A stretch of DNA of 64,000 nt, taken from positions 24,261-88,260 of the forward strand of contig JAXEBU010000061.1 in assembly GCA_034093895.1 (NCBI GenBank), given 5' to 3'. Positions 10,101-18,421 of the stretch are shown here, piece by piece. Under the pieces are notes generated by a model. It saw only the letters and a program-made list of their open reading frames with translations, was not told the DNA's origin and did not search any database. Source of the DNA: Candidatus Choladocola sp. GTDB taxonomy: Bacteria > Bacillota > Clostridia > Lachnospirales > Lachnospiraceae. Within the stretch, counting starts at the first letter, position 1. Each line of letters starts with the position of its first letter. The translations under genes and the position numbers were made by a program.

Positions 10101-10292
10101 ATGAGCAGAAAATTGTATAAGTCAGAAGAAAACAGAATGGTGTGCGGTGTCTGCAGCGGCATTGCCGAATATTTCAATATTGATCCGACACTGGTGCGTC
10201 TGGGCTGGGTGCTGTTTGGCCTGATGGGTGGAAGCGGCTTCCTCGCCTACATTATTGCAGCGATCATCATTCCGCACAGGACAGAGTATTGA
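10101..10292 (+). CDS. pspC: PspC domain protein
   Basis: KLYKS..NRMVCGVCSGIAEYFNIDPTLVRL plus TM helix. Confidence 0.9.
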   Translation: MSRKLYKSEENRMVCGVCSGIAEYFNIDPTLVRLGWVLFGLMGGSGFLAYIIAAIIIPHRTEY

Positions 10293-10352
10293 GGGGAGAA
10301 TAGTGGAACACAAGAGATATTATAGATAAAATTTCGTGATGATGATAATTCA

Positions 10353-10394
10353 GAAAAGCTTCGGGACGTAAAGGCGTTCCGAGGCTTTTATTTT
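10353..10394 (+). terminator. Rho-independent terminator
   Basis: AAAAGCTTCGGGACG...CGTTCCGAGGCTTTT followed by a T-rich run. Confidence 0.65.
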
Positions 10395-10483
10395 CTTTGT
10401 ATATAAGTAGTGTTAGATAAACATAATAATAAAATCAATGAATCATAATTTGGATCGATAGCAATATAAAAAACAAAAAAACA

Positions 10484-10513
10484 TTGACTAATTTGAAAAA
10501 ATAGTGTAATATC
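10484..10513 (+). promoter_or_regulatory. sigma-A promoter of the sugar ABC gene
   Basis: TTGACT ... TG-TAATAT in AT-rich DNA. Confidence 0.45.
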
Positions 10514-10651
10514 AACATAAATAATTGAATAAAGGTTTATACAATTAACTACAAAAAGAAATAAATAAACTATTTAGTTTATTGAATTAACTTTTTGGAA
10601 ATATGAATATGTCAGAGAATTTGCGTACGTAAAAAGGAGAGGGGTTGTGGT

Positions 10652-12175
10652 ATGAGCGACTATATTCTACGCATGGAACATATAACAAAAACATTTTCTG
10701 GTGTAAAAGCGCTGGATGACGTGACTTTTAATGTTGAAAGAGGACATGTCCATGCTTTAATAGGAGAAAATGGAGCTGGAAAATCTACAATGATGAAAGT
10801 TTTATGTGGAACGTGGCAGCATGGAACTTATGACGGAAAGGTTATTCTTAATGATCAGGAGCAAAAGTTTCATAATGTAAAAGAAAGCACGAAAGCAGGA
10901 ATTGCTATTATTTTTCAGGAATTGACTCTGGTAAAGTCTATGAGTATATGTGAAAATATTTTTCTTGGAGATGAAATTAAGAAAAATGGAATCATACAGT
11001 GGAATGAACAGAAGAAGATTACGAGGGAACTTCTGGAAAAAGTGCATTTGGATTTAAAACCGGAAATGATTGTTGGGGAACTTGGAGCAGGGCAGCAACA
11101 GCTGGTAGAAATTGCGAAGGCATTAAACAAAAACCCCAAACTGCTTATACTTGATGAACCGACCTCTTCTTTGGCGGATGCCGATGTTGAGAATCTGATG
11201 AGAATAATCCGTGAATTAAAAGCAGAAGGAACAACTTGCATTTACATTTCTCATAAACTCAATGAAATATTTGAGATTGCGGATACGGCAACGATTATCC
11301 GTGACGGAAAAAGCATTATCACAGCAAAAGTTTCTGAATTAACAGAGAATGAAATTGTATCTTATATGGTAGGGCGAGATCTGAATCAGAGATTTCCACG
11401 CAAAAACCATACACCGGGAGAAACGGTATTTGAAATTAAAAACTGGACAGTTATGAATCCGGAGTATGCGGATCATGTTCTTTGCAGTAACGTTAATTTA
11501 AAAGCGAGAAAGGGAGAAATACTTGGAATTGCCGGCTTGATGGGGGCCGGCAGAACGGAATTGGCTTTAAGTATTTTTGGATATTACCATGCAGAGCCTG
11601 GGGGAGAAATGTACTTAAATGGGAATAAGCTGCAGGTGGCATCGCCGGATAAAGCAATTGAAGCAGGAATAGCGTACGTTTCGGAAGACAGGAAACAGTA
11701 TGGACTGGTGTTGGAATCGGATATAAAAACGAACATGTCTATGGCGAGTTTGAAAAAACTTTGCTCCCGTGGAGTGATTCAGACAAATGAAGAAACGAAA
11801 AGGACGCTTCGTTATGTAGATCTTATGCGGGTGAAAGCAACTTCTTTGAAACAGCCGGTAAAGGCATTGAGTGGAGGAAACCAGCAAAAGGTTGTAATAG
11901 GAAAATGGTTAATGACAGAACCTAAAGTGCTGATATTGGATGAGCCTACGCGAGGGATCGATGTTGGGGCAAAATTAGAAATATATAATGAGATGAACAG
12001 CCTTGTGGAAGAAGGTGTCTGTATCATTATGATTTCTTCGGAACTGCCTGAGATCCTTGGAATGAGTGACCGGATATATGTAATGTCTGAAGGTAGAATT
12101 ACAGGTGAATTTGATATCAAAGAAGCTACGCAGGAGAAAATCATGGCGGCAGCTATTGGAGGAGGAGAAGTTTGA
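10652..12175 (+). CDS. Monosaccharide ABC transporter ATP-binding protein (XylG/GguA/RbsA type, tandem ABC domains)
   Basis: GENGAGKST, LILDEPT, GLMGAGRTE, LSGGNQQKV, DEPTRGIDVGAK; last codon and TGA appear to lie inside the IS110 end. Confidence 0.92.
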   Translation: MSDYILRMEHITKTFSGVKALDDVTFNVERGHVHALIGENGAGKSTMMKVLCGTWQHGTYDGKVILNDQEQKFHNVKESTKAGIAIIFQELTLVKSMSICENIFLGDEIKKNGIIQWNEQKKITRELLEKVHLDLKPEMIVGELGAGQQQLVEIAKALNKNPKLLILDEPTSSLADADVENLMRIIRELKAEGTTCIYISHKLNEIFEIADTATIIRDGKSIITAKVSELTENEIVSYMVGRDLNQRFPRKNHTPGETVFEIKNWTVMNPEYADHVLCSNVNLKARKGEILGIAGLMGAGRTELALSIFGYYHAEPGGEMYLNGNKLQVASPDKAIEAGIAYVSEDRKQYGLVLESDIKTNMSMASLKKLCSRGVIQTNEETKRTLRYVDLMRVKATSLKQPVKALSGGNQQKVVIGKWLMTEPKVLILDEPTRGIDVGAKLEIYNEMNSLVEEGVCIIMISSELPEILGMSDRIYVMSEGRITGEFDIKEATQEKIMAAAIGGGEV

Positions 12176-12268
12176 AACAAATAAGTAGAAGACAGCCAAG
12201 AAATAAAGGGCATAGCGAACAAACCATCTTTCGGTGGCTTAAAAATTAAATATTGATACAGCACCTAA

Positions 12269-13528
12269 TCAGGTAACAGGAACAGCATCATCTTTGATGA
12301 CATATCCTCGTTGTTTAAGTAGATTTAGAGCCTGTGAAGTAGTCAATACTTTTGATTTGTTCACATGACGTGAGTCAAGAAAGCCTTCCGGAGTATATGG
12401 TTTTAAATCTGTTAGTATGTGCCAGATAGCGGTCAGGATCATACGACAGATAGCAATGATAGCTTTCTTGTGACCACGACGTGCTTTTATACGTCGATAA
12501 CGGGTAGTAAATTCAGGATGTTTCTTCGATTTGATTAAAGCATTTGCAACTTGCACCAAAACGGGTTTAAAATAAGAACCAGCACGGGAAATCCTAGTGG
12601 ATTTGATTTTTTGATTGCTTTTATCATTGCGGGGACAACATCCGGCCCATGAAACGAGGTTTTTTGCTGTGGGGAAAACAGACATGTCACCTCCGATTTC
12701 AGACAGTACTTGAATGGCAGTCATTGGGTTCTTATCGAATCCTGGTACGGTTCGTATAAGAGTAAGGACTTCTTCGTATTTATCACTGAGACGAAAGATT
12801 TCCCGTTCTATTTCTGCTTTGTGCATTTCTAATTCATCGATGTGATTTAGGCATTGTCTGAGTTTCACAGCTTGTTCCGTAGAGATAGCACCATCAACAG
12901 CAGCCTGTATTTCATCTATAGGGGTCTTACATCTGCCATCTACGAATGGTGTTACATCAAAAGTTTCTCCAGGGTGTTGTAAAATCTGTTCTGTAATAGA
13001 ACGGGAAGATTTACCAAATATATCAGAGAAGACATCATCTAATTTTAAGTTAGATACAGTAAGACAGTTATGAACACGATTCTTCTCACTGGTGATCATA
13101 CAGGTGAGTTTGAAACGGTATCTTACCAAATCTCTTAATTCGCGGATGTCAGCAGGCGGGATAAAAGAAGCGTTTACCATTCCGCACATGTATAAATCAC
13201 AAATCCATTTGGCATCCTTACGGTCTGTCTTGTTGCCCTTTTGAGGCTTGGTATATTTGGGATGAGAAAGAGTAACCCAGATGTTATTCTTCTCTAAGAT
13301 ATTAAAAACAGGAATCCAATACTTGCCGGTAGATTCCATACAAACATCGTTACAGTTATATTTAGCAAGCCAGTCACACAACTCTTGCAAACCTTTTGTG
13401 AAGGAAGAAAAGCGAGCTTGTTTATATTCTGTACGCCCGTGGGAATCGGTAATGCCAATGCAGGCATAGATCCATGTTTTGTGGACATCAAGTCCACAGC
13501 AATTATTTTTTAGAATTTTAAACGACAA
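12269..13528 (-). CDS. IS110-family transposase/recombinase
   Basis: DEDD motifs GLDVHK, CMESTGKYW, KTDRKDA; C-terminal TVPG...EIGGDMSVF...WAGCCP; start TTG at 13528 after AGGAGG. Confidence 0.95.
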   Translation of the reverse strand: MSFKILKNNCCGLDVHKTWIYACIGITDSHGRTEYKQARFSSFTKGLQELCDWLAKYNCNDVCMESTGKYWIPVFNILEKNNIWVTLSHPKYTKPQKGNKTDRKDAKWICDLYMCGMVNASFIPPADIRELRDLVRYRFKLTCMITSEKNRVHNCLTVSNLKLDDVFSDIFGKSSRSITEQILQHPGETFDVTPFVDGRCKTPIDEIQAAVDGAISTEQAVKLRQCLNHIDELEMHKAEIEREIFRLSDKYEEVLTLIRTVPGFDKNPMTAIQVLSEIGGDMSVFPTAKNLVSWAGCCPRNDKSNQKIKSTRISRAGSYFKPVLVQVANALIKSKKHPEFTTRYRRIKARRGHKKAIIAICRMILTAIWHILTDLKPYTPEGFLDSRHVNKSKVLTTSQALNLLKQRGYVIKDDAVPVT

Positions 13529-13554
13529 TAAAATAACCTCCTGAAATTTATAGT

Positions 13555-13742
13555 AATAAAACTGACAGTAACTGGTCATCCGGCAAAATCGAGTCGACTT
13601 TGGAAGAGATAAGTTTACGGGCTACGGTAATGCGCCAATCATTGATGCCTTAACGGATGACCGACAACATATAAAAATGCGAGGTTGCCGCTATACAGCC
13701 CCGCCACTCACCTCTACGTGTTCTGTAGTGTGTCAGTCTTAT
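13555..13742 (-). ncRNA. Candidate IS110 bridge RNA
   Basis: Nested stems 13558-67/13731-40, 13574-82/13654-62 and 13681-85/13710-14, downstream of TG-A-TACAAT. Confidence 0.55.
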
Positions 13743-13842
13743 AAAAGAATTGTATCAGAAGGAAGATAGAATAGAAAAGCGAAAGTCAGCCAACATGTTT
13801 CATGACGCATTGGTGCCTTTCGCAGAAAGGCGGATTATAAAA

Positions 13843-14415
13843 ATGGAATACTCAAACACAATGAAAATCGAAATGAGCAACAACAACGAAGCAATGAAAG
13901 CAATGGAAATCATCAAAACTGTAATCACAACAAATAAAGAATCTTACAACAAATGCTACAGTAATGATGCATCCGCAATGCTTCTTGAAGCAATCGAAAT
14001 CAATGATAACTGTTTAGTAATTTCTGAGGAAGAATTTGGCTGCTTCACACCAGAAGACACAGAAGCTTTTACAGATATCATCGAAACAATCGCATCTCAG
14101 TTAAAGACCGCTTTTGTTGCTGAGATCATCAGCGTATCGACATACTCTGAAAAATGGATCGAAGCAACTTGTGATGGAAAAGAATTAAATGTGAAAAAAA
14201 CTTACTTCCCTTCAGGATTCAGCACAACAGCATATTGCGAAGAATGTGATGAAGAGATTGCTCTTTTCGAAGAAATCGAAGTTGCTCCTAACAAATATGA
14301 AATCCGCATTTTTGAAGAAGTGGCATCTGGTACATATACTTGCCCAAATTGTGGCGAAGAAATTGATTTGAGTGAAGAATTACCAATTATTGAAACAGTA
14401 GTTAAGAACATTTAA
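13843..14415 (+). CDS. Hypothetical acidic protein with C-terminal zinc ribbon
   Basis: ATG 13843 after AGAAAGG; CEEC...CPNCG. Confidence 0.7.
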   Translation: MEYSNTMKIEMSNNNEAMKAMEIIKTVITTNKESYNKCYSNDASAMLLEAIEINDNCLVISEEEFGCFTPEDTEAFTDIIETIASQLKTAFVAEIISVSTYSEKWIEATCDGKELNVKKTYFPSGFSTTAYCEECDEEIALFEEIEVAPNKYEIRIFEEVASGTYTCPNCGEEIDLSEELPIIETVVKNI

Positions 14416-14435
14416 GAAAAAAACAAACAAGAAAA

Positions 14436-14456
14436 TAACATCTTTTTAACAACTTT
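14436..14456 (+). repeat. 21-bp motif, inverted copy at 21659-21679
   Basis: TAACATCTTTTTAACAACTTT versus reverse complement TAACATCTTTTTATCAACTTT (20/21). Confidence 0.75.
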
Positions 14457-14478
14457 AAAAGAAAAGATGAGTACTTTT

Positions 14479-14513
14479 AAAATGACTCACATAAGTATAG
14501 ACAGTGATATACT
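14479..14513 (+). promoter_or_regulatory. Element-specific promoter, copy 1
   Basis: AAAATGACTCACA, with TG-A-TATACT starting 26 bp after its first base; same layout at 15060-15094. Confidence 0.6.
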
Positions 14514-14616
14514 TAAATCATCAAAGAGAGGAACACAAAACCTCAAAGAAAACTGAATAAAGAAAATAAGGGTCGCGACCAACGCATGGCGCCAAGAGCG
14601 CAGAAAGGACAAAATT

Positions 14617-15048
14617 ATGTTTATCAATTACGAAATGGCTACAATCGAAATCACAAAGGCAGAAGCAAAAGAAGCTGGAAACTATACATCTGAACTGTTT
14701 GCAACTATTACCAAAATCACTTCAACAACGGGATTCAAAGTGGTTGTAAAAGAAACCAAGAGAAAGAAAGATACAATGAAGGGTCTTACATACGCTTACA
14801 TGACAGTTTATATCGAAACAAAGGCTGGTGATCGTAAAGATGCTCTTATGGAAGAGTTCAATCAGTATCGCGGTTGTATCAATGGTAAAAGAGATTTCCT
14901 TGCTGAAAAGGCTTCCTATGGCGAAGTAAAAGCTTGGTTCCTTGAACAGTTCCCAGAAATTACAAAGTTCAATGATGAACTTAATGAAAAAAGAGAACTT
15001 GCTCGTGAAGCAAGAGAAATGAAAAGACTTAGAAAACTCATTGCTTAA
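14617..15048 (+). CDS. Hypothetical protein, paralog of 15145-15630
   Basis: RBS AGAAAGGA; KGLTYAYM and Y..VKAWFLEQFPE motifs shared with the next gene. Confidence 0.75.
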   Translation: MFINYEMATIEITKAEAKEAGNYTSELFATITKITSTTGFKVVVKETKRKKDTMKGLTYAYMTVYIETKAGDRKDALMEEFNQYRGCINGKRDFLAEKASYGEVKAWFLEQFPEITKFNDELNEKRELAREAREMKRLRKLIA

Positions 15049-15059
15049 TCAGTCCTAAT

Positions 15060-15094
15060 AAAATGACTCACAAAAAACTAACCACTGATATAAT
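15060..15094 (+). promoter_or_regulatory. Element-specific promoter, copy 2
   Basis: AAAATGACTCACA, with TG-A-TATAAT at the same 26-bp offset. Confidence 0.6.
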
Positions 15095-15144
15095 AAAACC
15101 ATAAAGAACAGAAAACAAATTTCAAAAGAAAGAGGTAAAAAACT

Positions 15145-15630
15145 ATGAAATCTCCAATCACTATCGACTTCGTAAAAGGCACTATCACAATGAACGCTTC
15201 ATTCGCACAGAAAGCATCCAATCCATTTAGCACAGAATTTGCACAGCTTCAAACAGTAAGAACAAGTTATCCAGAGTTCACAGTTCTTACAAGAACCATC
15301 AAAAAGAATAGTTCCAAAGAATCTTACAAAGGTCTTACTTATGATTATATGAGAGCCTACATTATGAGCCGTAAAGATGGTGAAGAAAGAACTAGCGCAA
15401 TTCTTGAATTTGATGAACTGCTTCTGATCTCGCAGTGCCACAGCAAAGGTCGTAGATATCCAGTAATCAAAAATTGGTTCCTCGACAGATTTCCAGAAGT
15501 AAAAGCATTCGGTATGGAAGAAGTTCTGGCGGTTGTTGCTCTTCCATCCGCAGAGACTAGCACAAAAGTATCTCAATTTTCAGAAACCGCAAAAGAAAAT
15601 GAAGAAGAACCAAAGAAAAAAACAGCATAA
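15145..15630 (+). CDS. Hypothetical protein, paralog of 14617-15048
   Basis: RBS AGAGGT; KGLTYDYM and YPVIKNWFLDRFPE. Confidence 0.75.
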   Translation: MKSPITIDFVKGTITMNASFAQKASNPFSTEFAQLQTVRTSYPEFTVLTRTIKKNSSKESYKGLTYDYMRAYIMSRKDGEERTSAILEFDELLLISQCHSKGRRYPVIKNWFLDRFPEVKAFGMEEVLAVVALPSAETSTKVSQFSETAKENEEEPKKKTA

Positions 15631-15663
15631 TCCAAAGAACTTTTTAACATCTTTCTAAAAAGT

Positions 15664-15728
15664 TTTAAGTCATACATTTACAATCAGAGTATTACATATA
15701 TTTCCAATCTTAATAGAGTGACTTAAAA
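15664..15728 (+). repeat. 65-bp imperfect direct repeat, copy 1 (self-inverted ends)
   Basis: TTTAAGTCA..ACATTTA....CAGA.TAT...ATAT.TTTCCAATCTTAATA...TGACT.AAAA, gap-free alignment to 16391-16455. Confidence 0.85.
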
Positions 15729-15744
15729 TTCAAGAGGTAAAGAA

Positions 15745-16395
15745 ATGCTGGAAGAGAAAACATATACAATCAATGAACTTGCCGAAGAACTTAAAATGAA
15801 GCCTGATTCCCAAGGGATTAAAAGAAAACTTTTAAGAAAAGGGATTACCTTTCAAACAATAGGAAGAGGCAAAAAACTTTCTTTCCAAATCGAAAAAATC
15901 CCATCCCCATTTGAGATTTTTTGTATCACAGAGTTGGGATTTGACCCTAAGACAGATTTTAAAAAAGTTTGTGATCTCTTTTATTACTGCTTTAATGATG
16001 AAGAGTTTTTTGCTATGCCGAATGAGTTTAAAGAAAGTAAGTTAGATGATGGCGGTAAGCGCATCAATTCCGCTACCATAGCCAAATACCTTGATAAACT
16101 CTATTCCGCAAACTATTACGCAAAAGGAACCACTGATTATTATTACTACTTTGCTGATGGAAATAAAAGAGCCTATACGACAAGGGAAGAATATCTTGAC
16201 GCATGGCATGATTATTGGCAGTTAAAAAGTGAGGTTAATGTTTATTTTGCCACGGCTGAGATAAAAAGAATCTATGGCGGTTTTCCAAGAAAACATGCTA
16301 TTCCTGAGAGGAACGCAATAGAGAACAAAAATATAAATTTGCTTATCCATCTTACCAATCAGAGGTTTGAGGAAGAAATCGCAAAGGCAATTTAA
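15745..16395 (+). CDS. Hypothetical protein, possible DNA-binding/replication protein
   Basis: RBS AGAGGT; N-terminal HTH-like YTINELAEELKM; basic composition. Confidence 0.65.
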   Translation: MLEEKTYTINELAEELKMKPDSQGIKRKLLRKGITFQTIGRGKKLSFQIEKIPSPFEIFCITELGFDPKTDFKKVCDLFYYCFNDEEFFAMPNEFKESKLDDGGKRINSATIAKYLDKLYSANYYAKGTTDYYYYFADGNKRAYTTREEYLDAWHDYWQLKSEVNVYFATAEIKRIYGGFPRKHAIPERNAIENKNINLLIHLTNQRFEEEIAKAI

Positions 16396-16455
16396 GTCAC
16401 ACATTTAAGAACAGAATATATTATATTTTTCCAATCTTAATACAATGACTAAAAA
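16391..16455 (+). repeat. 65-bp imperfect direct repeat, copy 2
   Basis: Aligns with 15664-15728; overlaps the stop codon of the enclosed ORF. Confidence 0.85.
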
Positions 16456-16605
16456 CTTTTATGGACGATTTTCTTCAATCATAAGAGAGAAATTTTTATT
16501 AATAGTAGAAAGAGAACGTTGGGGGATTGTAGCGGTCTTTTTAATCGTATCGCTTCGCTCACGATTAAAAATCCCTTAGAGTTTAAAAGAAAGAAGGTAA
16601 AAACT

Positions 16606-16791
16606 ATGACAATGTTAGAGTATTATGATAGTCAGATTCCTGAATATTATGATTGGATGTATCTTGATGGATATTCACCTGAACAGATTTTGTATGCGAA
16701 AAAAAGACAGATGATGAGAGACTTTGAAGAGAGCCAAGAGCAAGCTGAAATTACAAATCTTAAAATCGAAACTGAGGTGAAAATAAAATGA
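16606..16791 (+). CDS. Small hypothetical protein (61 aa)
   Basis: RBS GAAGGT; IPEYYDWMYLDGYSPEQIL. Confidence 0.65.
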   Translation: MTMLEYYDSQIPEYYDWMYLDGYSPEQILYAKKRQMMRDFEESQEQAEITNLKIETEVKIK

Positions 16792-16946
16792 GAGTTGGTA
16801 AATCCGAACACAAGAGGAAGGAAGAAAAAAAGAAACAAAATTCTGGTATCTTAGAAAATTTAATAATGAGATCAATGGAAAAATCTTTTGAGAAAGCACT
16901 AAAAGTTGTAATGGATGATTTATTTAAAGATTTTCCGAAGGGTTAA
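16788..16946 (+). CDS. Small hypothetical protein (52 aa), below the ORF-track cutoff
   Basis: ATGA overlap with the previous stop, RBS GAGGTG; MRVGKSEHKRKEEKK...DDLFKDFPKG; followed by a terminator. Confidence 0.55.
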   Translation: MRVGKSEHKRKEEKKKQNSGILENLIMRSMEKSFEKALKVVMDDLFKDFPKG

Positions 16947-16985
16947 GGGCAAGTCATTTTTTCATGAATGGCTTGCCCTTTTTTT
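16945..16985 (+). terminator. Rho-independent terminator
   Basis: AAGGGCAAGTCATT...AATGGCTTGCCCTT followed by TTTTT. Confidence 0.8.
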
Positions 16986-17275
16986 CGTTCTCTGCCGATA
17001 GCGTTCGTCAGAGAATTTTTTGTCTCCTAACGAAAACAGCCAAGAAAACCGATTTTCAAAATAAAAATCACTCTTGCTCAGAAAGTTGAGCAGAACAAAC
17101 CGCTATTTTGAAAACGCAAACAAAATCTCCCAATAAGTGCGCCCACTTTTTGCGGTATGAGGTTCAGATCAAAAGGATTCGCCTGCTGCCTCAGAAGCTT
17201 CTATAAAGGGAGAAAACCGCGATTCTTCTATACCTTTATTACTTCTTTCCTCTTGGCTGAGAATGGGTTAAAAGG

Positions 17276-17500
17276 CTATTCTGAGGCTTCTGAGCCCTCT
17301 TCTTTCACATATTCTACCAAGTCCCCCACCTGACATCCCAAGAGCATACAAATAGTGTCAATGGTCTTCCAAGAAACCAAATCCCCTCTTCTTAACTGTG
17401 TCATATAAGACTCACCCATCAGTTTTTCATCTCTTAACCTTTTGGAACTATAACCTTTTTGTTTTAGTTGTTCCATTACATTAAACTTGTAGCGAATCAT
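17276..17500 (-). CDS. Cro/C1-type HTH transcriptional regulator
   Basis: MIRYK...TIDTICMLLGCQVGDLVEYV (HTH_26/YozG-like); RBS GGAGGTG. Confidence 0.88.
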   Translation of the reverse strand: MIRYKFNVMEQLKQKGYSSKRLRDEKLMGESYMTQLRRGDLVSWKTIDTICMLLGCQVGDLVEYVKEEGSEASE

Positions 17501-17545
17501 CGAAATCCACCTCCTCCATTATACTCATATTCTATCATACAATTA

Positions 17546-17639
17546 CACTAAAATCCAGTGGCAATTATACACTAAAATACAGTGGTTATATACACTAATA
17601 TTTGGTGGTTTCGCCAATATACAACACTAAATATTAGTG
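17546..17639. promoter_or_regulatory. Four palindromic operators CACT-N7-(A/G)GTG
   Basis: 17546-60, 17570-84, 17593-607 and 17625-39 between divergent genes; the last abuts TG-G-TACAAT. Confidence 0.8.
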
Positions 17640-17792
17640 GTACAATAAAGACAGTTAAAGAAAGCAAGTCAAGATAGCAAAACAAATACAGGGCATCAGA
17701 TAAGAGATGGAGTGGCTCAGGGGCAGATGTGTAAGTCCTCTCAATACCATCATCCACTTGCTAAATACCAACAGATAAAGGAGATAAAGAAA

Positions 17793-18071
17793 ATGAGTAA
17801 AATGGATATGATTAAAAAGATTGAAGAATTAAACGCTTGGGAAGAACTTATGGAAGAAGCAAAGGCTGAGATCGAGTCCATCAGAGATATTCTCAAAGCT
17901 GAAATGCTTGCAAATGATGTGGAAGAACTTGCAGTTGGAAAATACATTGTAAGATACACCAATATAACTTCCAACAGATTCGACAGTTCGACCTTTAAAA
18001 AGGTGATGCCTGAAATCTACAAAGCATATCTGAAACAGAGCATTAGCAGACGATTTTCTATTAGCGCATAA
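17793..18071 (+). CDS. Hypothetical mobile-element protein (92 aa)
   Basis: RBS AAGGAG; coiled-coil N-terminus, RFDSSTFKK..PEIYKAY. Confidence 0.75.
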   Translation: MSKMDMIKKIEELNAWEELMEEAKAEIESIRDILKAEMLANDVEELAVGKYIVRYTNITSNRFDSSTFKKVMPEIYKAYLKQSISRRFSISA

Positions 18072-18076
18072 AAAAT

Positions 18077-18113
18077 TCTTCTCTCTTGGTTCAAACAAGA
18101 GCCAAGAGAGAAA
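18077..18113. terminator. Hairpin/terminator
   Basis: TTCTCTCTTGGTTC...GAGCCAAGAGAGAA. Confidence 0.55.
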
Positions 18114-18232
18114 GTTCGTAAAATATAGATTATAAGAACTGTTAAATTCAATATTTCTGCGGATTTCCAGAAATCTGTAGAAAAAACAGAACTATTTGCT
18201 CATAAAATAAGAACTTTTAAGGGGGAACCGCA

Positions 18233-18418
18233 ATGAAATTTTGTAAAATCCAAGATCAGCTATACCAGTGCAGTAGTTTTTTAGAAGTAGCTTGTATTGC
18301 TCTTGACAATGAGCACTTCTTTCCAGAAGGGAATACAATCAGTGTTCTTCTGGAAGATGTTAATAATCGTATTAATAGTTGTATTGAAGATCTTGAAAAG
18401 ATGAAAGGGAAACACTAA
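18233..18418 (+). CDS. Small hypothetical protein
   Basis: RBS GGGGGA; ends 3 bp before the recombinase start. Confidence 0.5.
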   Translation: MKFCKIQDQLYQCSSFLEVACIALDNEHFFPEGNTISVLLEDVNNRINSCIEDLEKMKGKH

Positions 18419-18421
18419 GAA

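Larger units (their letters stand above)
12169..13825 (-). mobile_element. IS110-family insertion sequence
   Basis: Transposase plus ~300 bp upstream non-coding end; no TIR or TSD; candidate CT core (AG on +) at both ends, 12169-70 and 13824-25; exact ends inferred. Confidence 0.75.

Noticed and set aside
13750-13842. N-terminal extension of the 13750 ORF (also the long starts at 5623, 13579, 20241, 23908, 48011)
   Set aside because: Extensions run through IS ends, neighbouring genes or leaders; downstream starts have clear RBSs
16990-17270. Possible packaging (cos/pac) or ssDNA-origin region with small hairpins
   Set aside because: No motif I can match with confidence and no terminase in the window
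17546-17639. Short regularly spaced repeats as a mini-CRISPR
   Set aside because: 15-bp palindromes with 8-17 bp gaps, no cas genes; fit operators instead
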